Position numbers and translations under genes: made by a program | Shown here: in pieces, positions 9,146-17,572 of the stretch | How positions within the stretch are numbered: the first letter of the stretch is position 1 | How the letters are laid out: each line of letters starts with the position of its first letter | Notes under the pieces: generated by a model | Databases searched by the model: none | What the model was told of the DNA's origin: nothing | What the model saw: only the letters and a program-made list of their open reading frames with translations | Assembly: GCA_015067145.1 (NCBI GenBank) | Contig: SVNA01000008.1 | Span: 1,601-65,600 of the forward strand | Direction of reading: 5' to 3' | Length of the DNA: 64,000 bases | Origin: Oscillospiraceae bacterium | GTDB lineage: Bacteria; Bacillota; Clostridia; Oscillospirales; Ruminococcaceae

Positions 9146-10672
9146 TTATGATTTTCTTTTTACTGCATGCACTGCCATGGCTACAAGTTCGAACAGTCCG
9201 TAGAAACATATCTGTACAAAACCAAAATACCACAGAACATAGTTGAGATGGGTATGAATCCATGAGTGAGGTCGTGCAAGGATTGTCAGCCAGGAATTTG
9301 ATACAAAAAAGCTGAACAGCAAAACTATAAGCATTGATACAGAATATTCTTTCTTTTTCAGAACAGAAAGCACTGTACCAACCAATGCCAGAACAATAAT
9401 CACAGGGAAAAGTTTGCCCGGCACAAAGGTTATGATATCGGTAGTAAAAATCAGATACCTGCCAAGTGCCTGTACAAATCCAACCTCTGCAGCAGACTGC
9501 AATGCACCTGTAAAGTCTTCCGGATTTGCAAGACCGGTACGTCTTACAGCATCATCCATAATTATAATGCGGATACCTTCTGCAATATTTCCGTCGCCTC
9601 TTGCCTGTGCAAGTACAACAAAACCCACACAGAACGCCAGCAGGCTTATCACCGTCATCAGTGCAACATCCCTGAAGATAACAGCCTTCTGCTTTTTATC
9701 CTTTGTTTCAAAAAATTCTGCTATCGGGAACATAACCATAGCCATAAGCACTGTAGACATATATTCAAATCCGCACAGAGACTTTACTGCCACTGCAGCA
9801 AATATCATTGCAAACCACAGATATTTAAGTTTTGGGAATGTTACATAAAGCAGGCCCAGCAACATAGGGATGTACCACAAAAATTCCACCCAGTAAAGAT
9901 GCTGTGCAAATGCACTTACCCACGGAGACAGCCAGAACACCAGATAAAACGCCGCTGTCAGCTTAAGATTGCTGTACTTTTTATGGATTACACCGCAGAT
10001 GAGCATAACCATCAGTGCCATCATAAAGGATGTTGCGTATGTAAAGAAATCAAATGCAAACTGAGCAGAGGTAAATCTTGCTGTGTGATAGTATATCTTG
10101 CCCTGCAGACCATACTGTTTTCTGTACGGTCTTGCCACAGCATAAGGGAGCACTTCGCCGTTTTCGTTGAACACAAGACAGGCTTCCAGCTCCTGCTGAT
10201 TACGCAGTTCCTTGCATGGGCTGTCAAATATCAGAAAACAGATTTCGTTTTCTTCATCAATAACTGCATCCTGCAAGCGGTAAATTTCGCCGGCCTGTGT
10301 CTGCAGCACTATCATTTTACCGCCCTGTACATAGGTTTCAATATATCTGTCATATATTACAGGCAGTGCGTTGTCATTGTCGTGAAGTTCATTTTCTGCA
10401 AATTCTTCCGACCACTGTTCACAGCTTTCATCTATGAAAGTGAGACGCTCTATTCTGCTGAGACCGTATTTTGCAAGGTGCAGGCCGTTCTGCCCCGCTT
10501 CCATTGAACCTGTTGCAAACTGAGCTGACGTAGGGTCGAAGGAGGTTCCGTCAAAATCTCCGTGCATCCAGTTGCGTGGGTCCATATTGTGGGTATACTG
10601 CTGAAAAAGCAGCAGAAACAGCAGAATAATGGTGCTGAAAAAATGTATATTGTCAATCTTAAATTTTTTCAA
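9146..10672 (-). CDS. Polytopic membrane protein of unknown family (one N-terminal TM, ~190 aa extracytoplasmic domain, ~10 further TM segments)
   Basis: 508 aa ORF with TTG start 6 nt after a GGAGA RBS. Hydrophobic segment pattern read from the translation. No catalytic motif recognised. Confidence 0.7.
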   Translation of the reverse strand: MKKFKIDNIHFFSTIILLFLLLFQQYTHNMDPRNWMHGDFDGTSFDPTSAQFATGSMEAGQNGLHLAKYGLSRIERLTFIDESCEQWSEEFAENELHDNDNALPVIYDRYIETYVQGGKMIVLQTQAGEIYRLQDAVIDEENEICFLIFDSPCKELRNQQELEACLVFNENGEVLPYAVARPYRKQYGLQGKIYYHTARFTSAQFAFDFFTYATSFMMALMVMLICGVIHKKYSNLKLTAAFYLVFWLSPWVSAFAQHLYWVEFLWYIPMLLGLLYVTFPKLKYLWFAMIFAAVAVKSLCGFEYMSTVLMAMVMFPIAEFFETKDKKQKAVIFRDVALMTVISLLAFCVGFVVLAQARGDGNIAEGIRIIIMDDAVRRTGLANPEDFTGALQSAAEVGFVQALGRYLIFTTDIITFVPGKLFPVIIVLALVGTVLSVLKKKEYSVSMLIVLLFSFFVSNSWLTILARPHSWIHTHLNYVLWYFGFVQICFYGLFELVAMAVHAVKRKS

Positions 10673-10691
10673 AACAATTCTCCGAAATATG

Positions 10692-10744
10692 TTATAAAAG
10701 GCTGCTTCATCGCGATATTAAATTACGTCATCATGAAGCAGCCT
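10692..10744 (-). terminator. Hairpin after glyQS (putative terminator; 12 bp stem, large loop)
   Basis: AGGCTGCTTCAT (10699-10710) pairs with ATGAAGCAGCCT (10733-10744). T-rich run follows on the minus strand (TTTTATAAC). The hairpin ends only about 20 nt before the next gene's start codon. Confidence 0.5.
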
Positions 10745-10760
10745 GATATTATTTTTTCAA

Positions 10761-12140
10761 TTAAAATGCAATTTTGTTTGCGATGTATGCTTTAAGGTCT
10801 TCGATTTTTACTCTTTCCTGCTGCATTGTGTCGCGGTCACGAACTGTTACGCAGCCGTCTTCTGCAGATTCGAAGTCGTATGTGATACACAGAGGTGTGC
10901 CGATTTCGTCCTGACGGCGGTAACGTTTGCCGATGGAGCCGGCTTCGTCATAGTCAACCATAAAGTCTTTCTGGAGCTGGTGGTAAACTTCTGTTGCCTG
11001 TTCGCTGAGCTTTTTGGAGAGTGGAAGCACACAAGCCTTGTATGGAGCAAGAGCTGGGTGGAGACGGAGAACAACACGTGTATCGTTCTTTTCTGCATCT
11101 ACAACTTCTTCATCGTATGCTTCAACGAGGAAAGCAAGAGCAACACGGTCAGCACCAAGGGATGGTTCAACAACGTGTGGAATGTAGTGTTCGTTTGTTT
11201 CAGGGTCGAAGTATTCGATTGGTTTGCCGCAGTGTTCGGAGTGCTGTGTAAGGTCGAATGCACCACGGTCTGCGATACCCCAGAGTTCACCCCAGCCGAA
11301 TGGGAACATAAATTCGATGTCTGTTGTAGCTGTGGAGTAGTGGGAAAGTTCTTCCTGGGAGTGGTCACGGAGTTTGAGGTTTTCTTCCTTCATGCCGAGG
11401 GAGAGCAGCCAGTTGTAGCAGTAGTTTCTCCAGTACTGGAACCATTCCATATTTGTGCCCGGTTTGATGAAGAATTCAAGTTCCATCTGTTCAAATTCTC
11501 TTGTACGGAATGTGAAGTTGCCTGGTGTGATTTCGTTACGGAAGGATTTGCCGATCTGTGCAACACCGAATGGAAGTTTTCTTCTTGTTGTTCTCTGGAT
11601 ATTTGCAAAGTTTACAAAGATACCCTGTGCTGTTTCAGGACGGAGATAGATTTCGTTTTTAGCATCTTCTGTAACACCCTGGAATGTTTTGAACATAAGG
11701 TTGAATTTGCGGATATCTGTAAAGTTTGTGCTGCCGCAGTCTGGGCATGTGATGCCTTTTTCTTCGATGAATGCTTTCATCTGTGCGTCGGACCAGCCTG
11801 CACATTCGTAGCCTGCTTCTTCGATAAGCTTGTCTGCACGGTGACGTGTTTTACAGTCTTTGCAGTCCATAAGAGGGTCGGAGAAGCCGCCTACGTGGCC
11901 GGAAGCAACCCATGTCTGTGGGTTCATGAGAATTGCAGCATCAAGACCTACGTTGTATGGGCTTTCCTGGATGAATTTTTTTCTCCATGCAGCTTTAACG
12001 TTGTTTTTGAATTCAACGCCAAGCGGGCCGTAATCCCAAGTGTTTGCAAGACCGCCGTAGATTTCACTGCCTGCATAAACATAGCCTCTGCCCTTGCACA
12101 AAGCTATGATTTTTTCCATTGTTTTATCCTGGTTTAACAT
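10761..12140 (-). CDS. glyQS: Glycine--tRNA ligase (alpha2 dimeric GlyQS type)
   Basis: ATG at 12140, 5 nt after [45 protein letters not shown] is the classic GlyQS N-terminus. About 459 aa. Confidence 0.95.
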   Translation of the reverse strand: MLNQDKTMEKIIALCKGRGYVYAGSEIYGGLANTWDYGPLGVEFKNNVKAAWRKKFIQESPYNVGLDAAILMNPQTWVASGHVGGFSDPLMDCKDCKTRHRADKLIEEAGYECAGWSDAQMKAFIEEKGITCPDCGSTNFTDIRKFNLMFKTFQGVTEDAKNEIYLRPETAQGIFVNFANIQRTTRRKLPFGVAQIGKSFRNEITPGNFTFRTREFEQMELEFFIKPGTNMEWFQYWRNYCYNWLLSLGMKEENLKLRDHSQEELSHYSTATTDIEFMFPFGWGELWGIADRGAFDLTQHSEHCGKPIEYFDPETNEHYIPHVVEPSLGADRVALAFLVEAYDEEVVDAEKNDTRVVLRLHPALAPYKACVLPLSKKLSEQATEVYHQLQKDFMVDYDEAGSIGKRYRRQDEIGTPLCITYDFESAEDGCVTVRDRDTMQQERVKIEDLKAYIANKIAF

Positions 12141-12202
12141 AATGTCCTCCAAATGTTAAATGTATATTTATATTTTATTAAATTAAAAATACTTATTTAT
12201 AT

Positions 12203-12231
12203 ATAATAATCTTTTATGACAATTTAGTCAA
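12203..12231 (-). promoter_or_regulatory. Sigma-A type promoter of glyQS
   Basis: Minus strand TTGACT (12231-12226), 17 nt spacer, TATTAT (12208-12203). This leaves only a ~55 nt leader. Confidence 0.55.
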
Positions 12232-12240
12232 TAGATTGGC

Positions 12241-12288
12241 CTTTTTTCTGCAGTTGGTATACTATTTTCCAATACTCTGCAGAAAAAG
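12241..12288. repeat. 48 bp imperfect palindrome in the divergent glyQS / yjiH-like intergenic region
   Basis: CTTTTTTCTGCAGTTGG (12241-12257) is complementary to CCAA-tact-CTGCAGAAAAAG (12269-12288). 11 nt centre. Confidence 0.6.
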
Positions 12289-12386
12289 CAAATTTATACT
12301 TGATTTATTTTGAAAAATGGTATAAATTATTATAGTCGTTGTTTATTTATACACTTATCGTTTAAAAATATGTAAAGGATTTCACA

Positions 12387-13724
12387 ATGAAATTATTAAA
12401 TGACAAACGTTTCTATAAATTTCTGATCCCATCACTTATCGGTGCATTTCTCTTTGTTACGCCGATAAATCAGGACGGCAGCCTGACTATCCCGATTGCC
12501 GTTGCCGCAAACGCAATGCTGGATCTGATGGGAGACAACACCCTGACAATTATCTGGGCACTTATCACCCTCAGCGGCATTATTACCATAATCCACAAAT
12601 TTATCGGCATAGGCTTTATAAAAAGCAATCCGAAACTTAACAACCTTTTCAGTGTAAAGGGCTTCTGGTTTGTAATCCGTATGCTTGGCCTTGTGTTTGC
12701 AAATATGATTTATTTTAGCCTTGGCCCTGATTTTATCATCGGCGATGCAACAGGCGGTATGGTTATAAATGACCTTATCCCTATTCTTGTATGCGTGTTC
12801 TTCCTCGCAGGGTTACTGCTGAGCCTTTTGCTTAACTACGGTCTGCTGGACTTTTTCGGTGCTCTGCTGATTAAACTTATGCGTCCTGTATTCAATCTCC
12901 CGGGCAGAAGTGCACTGGACTGTGTTGCTTCCTGGCTGGGTGACGGCTCCATCGGTGTTCTGCTCACAAGCAAACAGTACGAAGAAGGGTTTTACTCCAA
13001 GCGTGAAGCTACCGTTATCGCAACAACATTCTCTGCTGTAAGTATCACATTCAGCCTTGTGGTTATCAGCGAGGTTGGCCTTGAACATATGTTCCTGCCA
13101 TTCTATCTTGTGGTTTCCCTTGCGGGTATTGTGGCAGCAATTATTGTTCCAAAACTGCCGCCTCTTTCCAGAGTTCCGGATTCATACTACACCGAAACAC
13201 CTCACCGAGAGGATATTCCTGCAGGCACATCCAGCGTTAAATACGGCATTGACCTTGCACTAAAAAAAGCGGATAAATCCCCTACTGTTGCAGCATTTCT
13301 CAAAGAGGGTATGGAAAACATCTTTGAAATGTGGTTTGGCACCCTGCCTGTAATTCTGGCTATGGGTACACTTGCACTGATTATTGCAGAGTTTACACCG
13401 TTTTTCAGAATTCTGGGTGTTCCTTTTATCCCACTGTTCAAGCTTCTTGCAATCCCTGAAGCTGCAGCTGCCAGCCAGACAGTTGTTATCGGCTTTGCTG
13501 ATATGTTTCTGCCAAGTGTTATCGCCGCAGGCTTTGAAAGCGAAATGACAAAGTTTGTGGTTGCCGCAACAAGTGTTACACAGCTTATCTATATGTCAGA
13601 AATCGGCAGTATCATTATGGGCAGTAAAATCCCTGTTTCCCTTAAAAACCTGTTTATCATCTTCCTTGAAAGAACAATTGTTACACTGCCTGTCATAGCA
13701 CTTTTTGCACATCTTATATTCTAA
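12387..13724 (+). CDS. YjiH-like nucleoside-recognition (Gate) domain membrane protein
   Basis: 445 aa, about 10-12 TM segments. The N-terminal FLIPSLIGAFLFVTPI... pattern resembles YjiH-family proteins. Assignment by recollection only. Confidence 0.6.
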   Translation: MKLLNDKRFYKFLIPSLIGAFLFVTPINQDGSLTIPIAVAANAMLDLMGDNTLTIIWALITLSGIITIIHKFIGIGFIKSNPKLNNLFSVKGFWFVIRMLGLVFANMIYFSLGPDFIIGDATGGMVINDLIPILVCVFFLAGLLLSLLLNYGLLDFFGALLIKLMRPVFNLPGRSALDCVASWLGDGSIGVLLTSKQYEEGFYSKREATVIATTFSAVSITFSLVVISEVGLEHMFLPFYLVVSLAGIVAAIIVPKLPPLSRVPDSYYTETPHREDIPAGTSSVKYGIDLALKKADKSPTVAAFLKEGMENIFEMWFGTLPVILAMGTLALIIAEFTPFFRILGVPFIPLFKLLAIPEAAAASQTVVIGFADMFLPSVIAAGFESEMTKFVVAATSVTQLIYMSEIGSIIMGSKIPVSLKNLFIIFLERTIVTLPVIALFAHLIF

Positions 13725-13732
13725 AAAAGCAA

Positions 13733-13765
13733 AGGTCGGATACCAAAGTATCCGACCTTTTATTT
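13733..13765 (+). terminator. Intrinsic terminator after the yjiH-like gene
   Basis: AAGGTCGGATA pairs with TATCCGACCTT (13733-13759), followed by TTTATTT. Confidence 0.8.
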
Positions 13766-13803
13766 ATATAATTTTTGTTTTTATGTATCAATTGAACAGA
13801 AAT

Positions 13804-14217
13804 TTACAGAACCATAACCATAGTTCCGATACCAATCAGAACACAGCCTATCAGAGATTTCATGGTAAATTCCTCATGTAAAAATACAAATGCCAGGACC
13901 AAAGTGATAACAACACTCAGCTTATCAATAGGAACAACCTTTGATGCTTCTCCTATCTGTAATGCTCTGTAATAACAAAGCCACGAAGCCCCTGTTGCCA
14001 GACCTGATAAAATCAGGAAAAGCCAGCTTTTTCTGCTGATTTCCATTATTCCGTTCTGTGCATTTGTCAGAAATACCATTCCCCATGCCATAATCACAAC
14101 AACCACTGTTCTGACCGCCGTTGCAAGATTTGAGTTTACTCCGTCTATACCGATTTTAGCCAATATTGAGGTGAGTGCTGCAAACACTGCAGACATCAGT
14201 GCAAATATAAACCACAT
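13804..14217 (-). CDS. Small EamA/DMT-superfamily transporter (single EamA domain)
   Basis: 137 aa, 4-5 TM segments. FALMSAVFAALTSILAKIG... and KVVPIDKLSVVITLVLAFVFL patterns. AAAGGAGA RBS. Confidence 0.75.
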   Translation of the reverse strand: MWFIFALMSAVFAALTSILAKIGIDGVNSNLATAVRTVVVVIMAWGMVFLTNAQNGIMEISRKSWLFLILSGLATGASWLCYYRALQIGEASKVVPIDKLSVVITLVLAFVFLHEEFTMKSLIGCVLIGIGTMVMVL

Positions 14218-14251
14218 ACGATATCTCCTTTTCAGATTACAGTTTTATATA

Positions 14252-14506
14252 TCAGAGGATTTTTGCCTTGCGGGGATTATCGGCACAATAAAGGACAGTC
14301 TGACTGCTTCCGACAGCAGGAACATCTTCACCTGCACCAATCCATTTTCTCATGGTGTAGGTATTTTCTCCCACAGTATATTGCACTTTTATAATATGCG
14401 GGAATGCTGCGCCATCCATAGCTCCCATTCTTGCCGATTTTGTATTCACCTTTAACCACCACTGTTTTGAAACGGATAATACGGTTCCTATAGTTTCTTT
14501 GTCCAT
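14252..14506 (-). CDS. Hypothetical small soluble protein (84 aa)
   Basis: ATG 14506 lies 8 nt after an AAAGGAG RBS. Preferred over the overlapping 71 aa ORF in another frame because of the RBS and a more ordinary composition. Confidence 0.55.
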   Translation of the reverse strand: MDKETIGTVLSVSKQWWLKVNTKSARMGAMDGAAFPHIIKVQYTVGENTYTMRKWIGAGEDVPAVGSSQTVLYCADNPRKAKIL

Positions 14507-14515
14507 ATATTTTCA

Positions 14516-14575
14516 CTCCTTTGTCAATTTCAAATTTTCCCAACTGTATTATAATGAATAAATGTAAAAAATTCC
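14516..14575. repeat. Promoter/leader repeat, copy A (elements Y then X on the plus strand)
   Basis: The core GTCAATTTCAAATTTTCCCAACTGTATTATAAT matches 16773-16804 at about 30 of 33 columns. AATAAATGTAAAAAATTCC matches 16739-16756 at 17 of 19 columns. Confidence 0.8.
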
Positions 14576-14630
14576 GTATAATATCTATTCACAAAATTGG
14601 AATTTTACGAATAGTTAGTTTTGAATATTA

Positions 14631-16655
14631 TTATTCCTTTATGAACCATTGTTCTTCTAAACCTGAAGAATCTGCTGTCAATGTTGTATAAAAAGAATCA
14701 CCATTATATGTATCAAAAACATATTCTTCATAAACCGGTTCTGCACTGTCCAAAGTAAACCCAGCAGCAAGTGCACTTTCCGCGTGATGATTCTTGTCTG
14801 GAGAATAAACTCTATAAGGTGTTCCTATAGTAGTTTTGCCTGTCCATTTATAATGATAATATGTATAGGTTTCAACAGTTTTCTCTGTTACAGCATCATT
14901 TGCAATACTTGAGTCTTCCACTATTTCAAGCTGTTGTACTTCGTCATAACGTAGTACGCCTTTTACAGTATATTTAACCCCTTGTTTCAAATTGTATTTT
15001 GGATCAATGTACAGTTCTTCAAGAATATCCCATCGTTCTTCATCCCAATAGCCTTTAAGTGCTATTTTTTCATCAAGTACAAATTGTGTGCCATTTCGCA
15101 TATAACCTGATACTTCAATTTCTGGTGTGTATGTATCAAATCTAAATTCCGGAAGAATTTCTGCTTCATCAAACATTAACTGATTCTGTTCAGCATCTGC
15201 TATATCATTTTCTTCATATGAATTTATATTGTCAGATGAAGTATTTTTATATGCTTCCATAAACCTCATTGTCATAATAAAATCTTCAAAAGGACCTTCC
15301 AATCCATAAATAAGTTCACCATTCCAACTATATTCCCAATATGGTGTATCCATAAAGTATTGATCGTCATCATACATAATCAATATATGGTCTTCATAAG
15401 GAGTTATGTAAAATTGATACCCATAATTTTCTGGCCATTCATAATTAACAGAAAGGTTTATAGGGTTAAAACCTGCATCGCTATATGTTTCCGCCAAAGT
15501 ATTTTCCCATCCATCATCAACCATAAATCTAACGCTTGTTATATCTGGATTATTATATAAAATATTTTCGATGATTTCGTAAGCTTTATTAAATTGACCT
15601 ACTAAATCACTTTTATTATCTTCTACTTTATTAGTTGGCGAAATCAAAACATAATCGTCAGTAAAACAAACTTCACCACCATAAAATTGAAGACATGCCT
15701 TTATAGTTACGTTTTCGCCTACAAAATCATTCAATTCTTTGTCAAAGAACCACAATTTATCTGTTGTTATAGGCTTGTCTTCGCTATAAATTACATTCGT
15801 AAAAGAGGTGAATTTATCAAGTTGAACATAACAAGAGTTTCTTGTTGAATCATATTGAAGAATACCACTATATAAAGCTTCTTCATACGTTGATGTGTTT
15901 TCACTTACTGGCGTATTATTGGGTTCTTTATCAGTATTATTTGTTTTTATATCCGCAGAAACTATTTCCGATTTTTTTATGTAACTATATTCTGATGCAC
16001 TTATCACATCTCCATTTTTGTCAAATCGTGCATCTTGTATAATATTTCCAGCTTCATCTCTTTTTTTTACTTCAGTTTTTCCAGAATAATTACCATTTAT
16101 ATACTCTTTCGTTACATCTTTAGAATGTTCGTATGTTGTTGACATAATTATCGAACCTGTACTTATTCTATCATCCAGAGAATGACCATAATGATTTTCA
16201 TACATAGCTGATGATATTATTCTGCCATTATCATCATAAGTTGTAGTCGTCAACCATTCTCCGTCATCATTAGCTATTATTTTGCCTTTTTCATCAAAGA
16301 AATATTCCGCCAAGTACTCAGTAGGATTACCTTCGATGTCATTGCCTGATACATAGACTAATGCATAGTAATTATCTTCGTTATATTCAAAACTATGATT
16401 TAAAACAACTGTTTCCGTTTTAAAACCATATTTTTTTCCTTCTTCAACAACTGATGAAGGCTGATATATTTTGAGACATAATGTAGATATTCTGCCATCC
16501 TCGTGATAAGCATATTCCATTGTTTGAGATATTTCTCCATTCTTGTCATATGTTGTTTCTTTCATCAGAAGATATTCATCACTTATTTTTGTCGAACATG
16601 CATTTAACAACATACACATAAAAAGCATCATAAAAATTCTCAATATTTTTTTCAT
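14631..16655 (-). CDS. Lipoprotein with YD-repeat-like N-terminal region, unknown function, in AT-rich DNA
   Basis: 674 aa. Signal peptide plus lipobox MLLNAC. Repeated motifs TYDKNGEISQTMEYAYHEDGRIS, TYDDNGRIISSAMYENH, FDKNGDVISASEYSY. AT-biased codon usage unlike the neighbouring genes. Confidence 0.8.
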   Translation of the reverse strand: MKKILRIFMMLFMCMLLNACSTKISDEYLLMKETTYDKNGEISQTMEYAYHEDGRISTLCLKIYQPSSVVEEGKKYGFKTETVVLNHSFEYNEDNYYALVYVSGNDIEGNPTEYLAEYFFDEKGKIIANDDGEWLTTTTYDDNGRIISSAMYENHYGHSLDDRISTGSIIMSTTYEHSKDVTKEYINGNYSGKTEVKKRDEAGNIIQDARFDKNGDVISASEYSYIKKSEIVSADIKTNNTDKEPNNTPVSENTSTYEEALYSGILQYDSTRNSCYVQLDKFTSFTNVIYSEDKPITTDKLWFFDKELNDFVGENVTIKACLQFYGGEVCFTDDYVLISPTNKVEDNKSDLVGQFNKAYEIIENILYNNPDITSVRFMVDDGWENTLAETYSDAGFNPINLSVNYEWPENYGYQFYITPYEDHILIMYDDDQYFMDTPYWEYSWNGELIYGLEGPFEDFIMTMRFMEAYKNTSSDNINSYEENDIADAEQNQLMFDEAEILPEFRFDTYTPEIEVSGYMRNGTQFVLDEKIALKGYWDEERWDILEELYIDPKYNLKQGVKYTVKGVLRYDEVQQLEIVEDSSIANDAVTEKTVETYTYYHYKWTGKTTIGTPYRVYSPDKNHHAESALAAGFTLDSAEPVYEEYVFDTYNGDSFYTTLTADSSGLEEQWFIKE

Positions 16656-16729
16656 AGCTATATCCTTTCGAAACGATTTTAAATATTTGCTATGGAATTT
16701 TGCAAATATATTCAGTAGTGTATAACAAT

Positions 16730-16804
16730 ATTATACCAAATAAATGTACAAATTCCTATCTACAACCTCTTCGTCAAATTCAAATTTTCCTAACTGATTA
16801 TAAT
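16730..16804. repeat. Promoter/leader repeat, copy B (elements X then Y on the plus strand)
   Basis: See copy A. On the minus strand the order is Y-X-[lipoprotein gene]-X-Y, and both X copies abut a TATAAT box. Confidence 0.8.
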
Positions 16805-16832
16805 ATAACATACTAACTTATTACATACAACA

Positions 16833-16863
16833 ACAGGCACAGCAATCGGATTGCTGTGCCTGT
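16833..16863 (-). terminator. Hairpin terminator after plsY
   Basis: ACAGGCACAGCAA pairs with TTGCTGTGCCTGT (16833-16863), 5 nt after the plsY stop. The downstream run on the minus strand is T-rich but interrupted. Confidence 0.65.
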
Positions 16864-16867
16864 ATTT

Positions 16868-17572
16868 TTACTTTTTATCTTTATTCTGGCCAAATTTATA
16901 TTCTGTGCCGTTTAAAAGACGTTTGATATTTGTGCGGTGTGTCCACACGATAAGGGACGGGAACACTACTGCCGCAATAAGGTTTGGTACCGAAACTGTC
17001 TGTGTGATATAAACCTGACAAAGTGTCCAGATGATATATGTCGGCGGTGCGATAATGCTGCCGAGGGATACAATCTTTGTGGAAAAAACAAGCACAAAGA
17101 AGATGGACAGTGCGATAAGCAGGGTGATTGGTGTAACTGCAATCATAGCCCCTGCCACAACGCTTACGCCTTTGCCGCCTTTGAAACCAAAGTAAAGCGG
17201 GAACATGTGACCGAGAACTGCACCGAGAACAGCGATATAAAGGCCGATTTCCATCATCAGATGGTTGGAGAAATAAATTTCTCTGCCGAACATTGTGAAG
17301 GCATAACGCTGCATAAGAATAACAGGGCTGTTCATAAACAGCAGTCTTGCGATAAGCACTGCAACTGTGCCCTTGAGCACGTCGCCTGTGATTGTAACTG
17401 CCGCAGCCTTTTTGCCGAAGGTACGCAGAATGTTTGTCATGCCTGCGTTGCCGCTGCCGAATGTGCGGATATCCTTTTTGTAAAAGCCTTTGCTTACAAT
17501 GATGGAAAAGGACAATGAGCCGAGGAGATAGGATTCTATTGCGATGATAATCCATTTGATATAGAACGGCAT
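16868..17572 (-). CDS. plsY: Glycerol-3-phosphate acyltransferase PlsY
   Basis: 234 aa. GSGNAGMTN and FKGGKGV motifs. ATGA start/stop overlap with der. Confidence 0.92.
   Translation of the reverse strand: MPFYIKWIIIAIESYLLGSLSFSIIVSKGFYKKDIRTFGSGNAGMTNILRTFGKKAAAVTITGDVLKGTVAVLIARLLFMNSPVILMQRYAFTMFGREIYFSNHLMMEIGLYIAVLGAVLGHMFPLYFGFKGGKGVSVVAGAMIAVTPITLLIALSIFFVLVFSTKIVSLGSIIAPPTYIIWTLCQVYITQTVSVPNLIAAVVFPSLIVWTHRTNIKRLLNGTEYKFGQNKDKK

Noticed and set aside
14328-14543. 71 aa ORF overlapping the 84 aa gene in another frame. Its N-terminus (GKFEIDKG) reappears as GKFEFDEE in the second repeat copy at about 16770-16795.
   Set aside because: The peptide similarity follows trivially from the nucleotide repeat. 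The second copy runs into a stop after about 26 codons. The 84 aa frame has the properly spaced AAAGGAG RBS. A short leader peptide cannot be excluded but is not supported.
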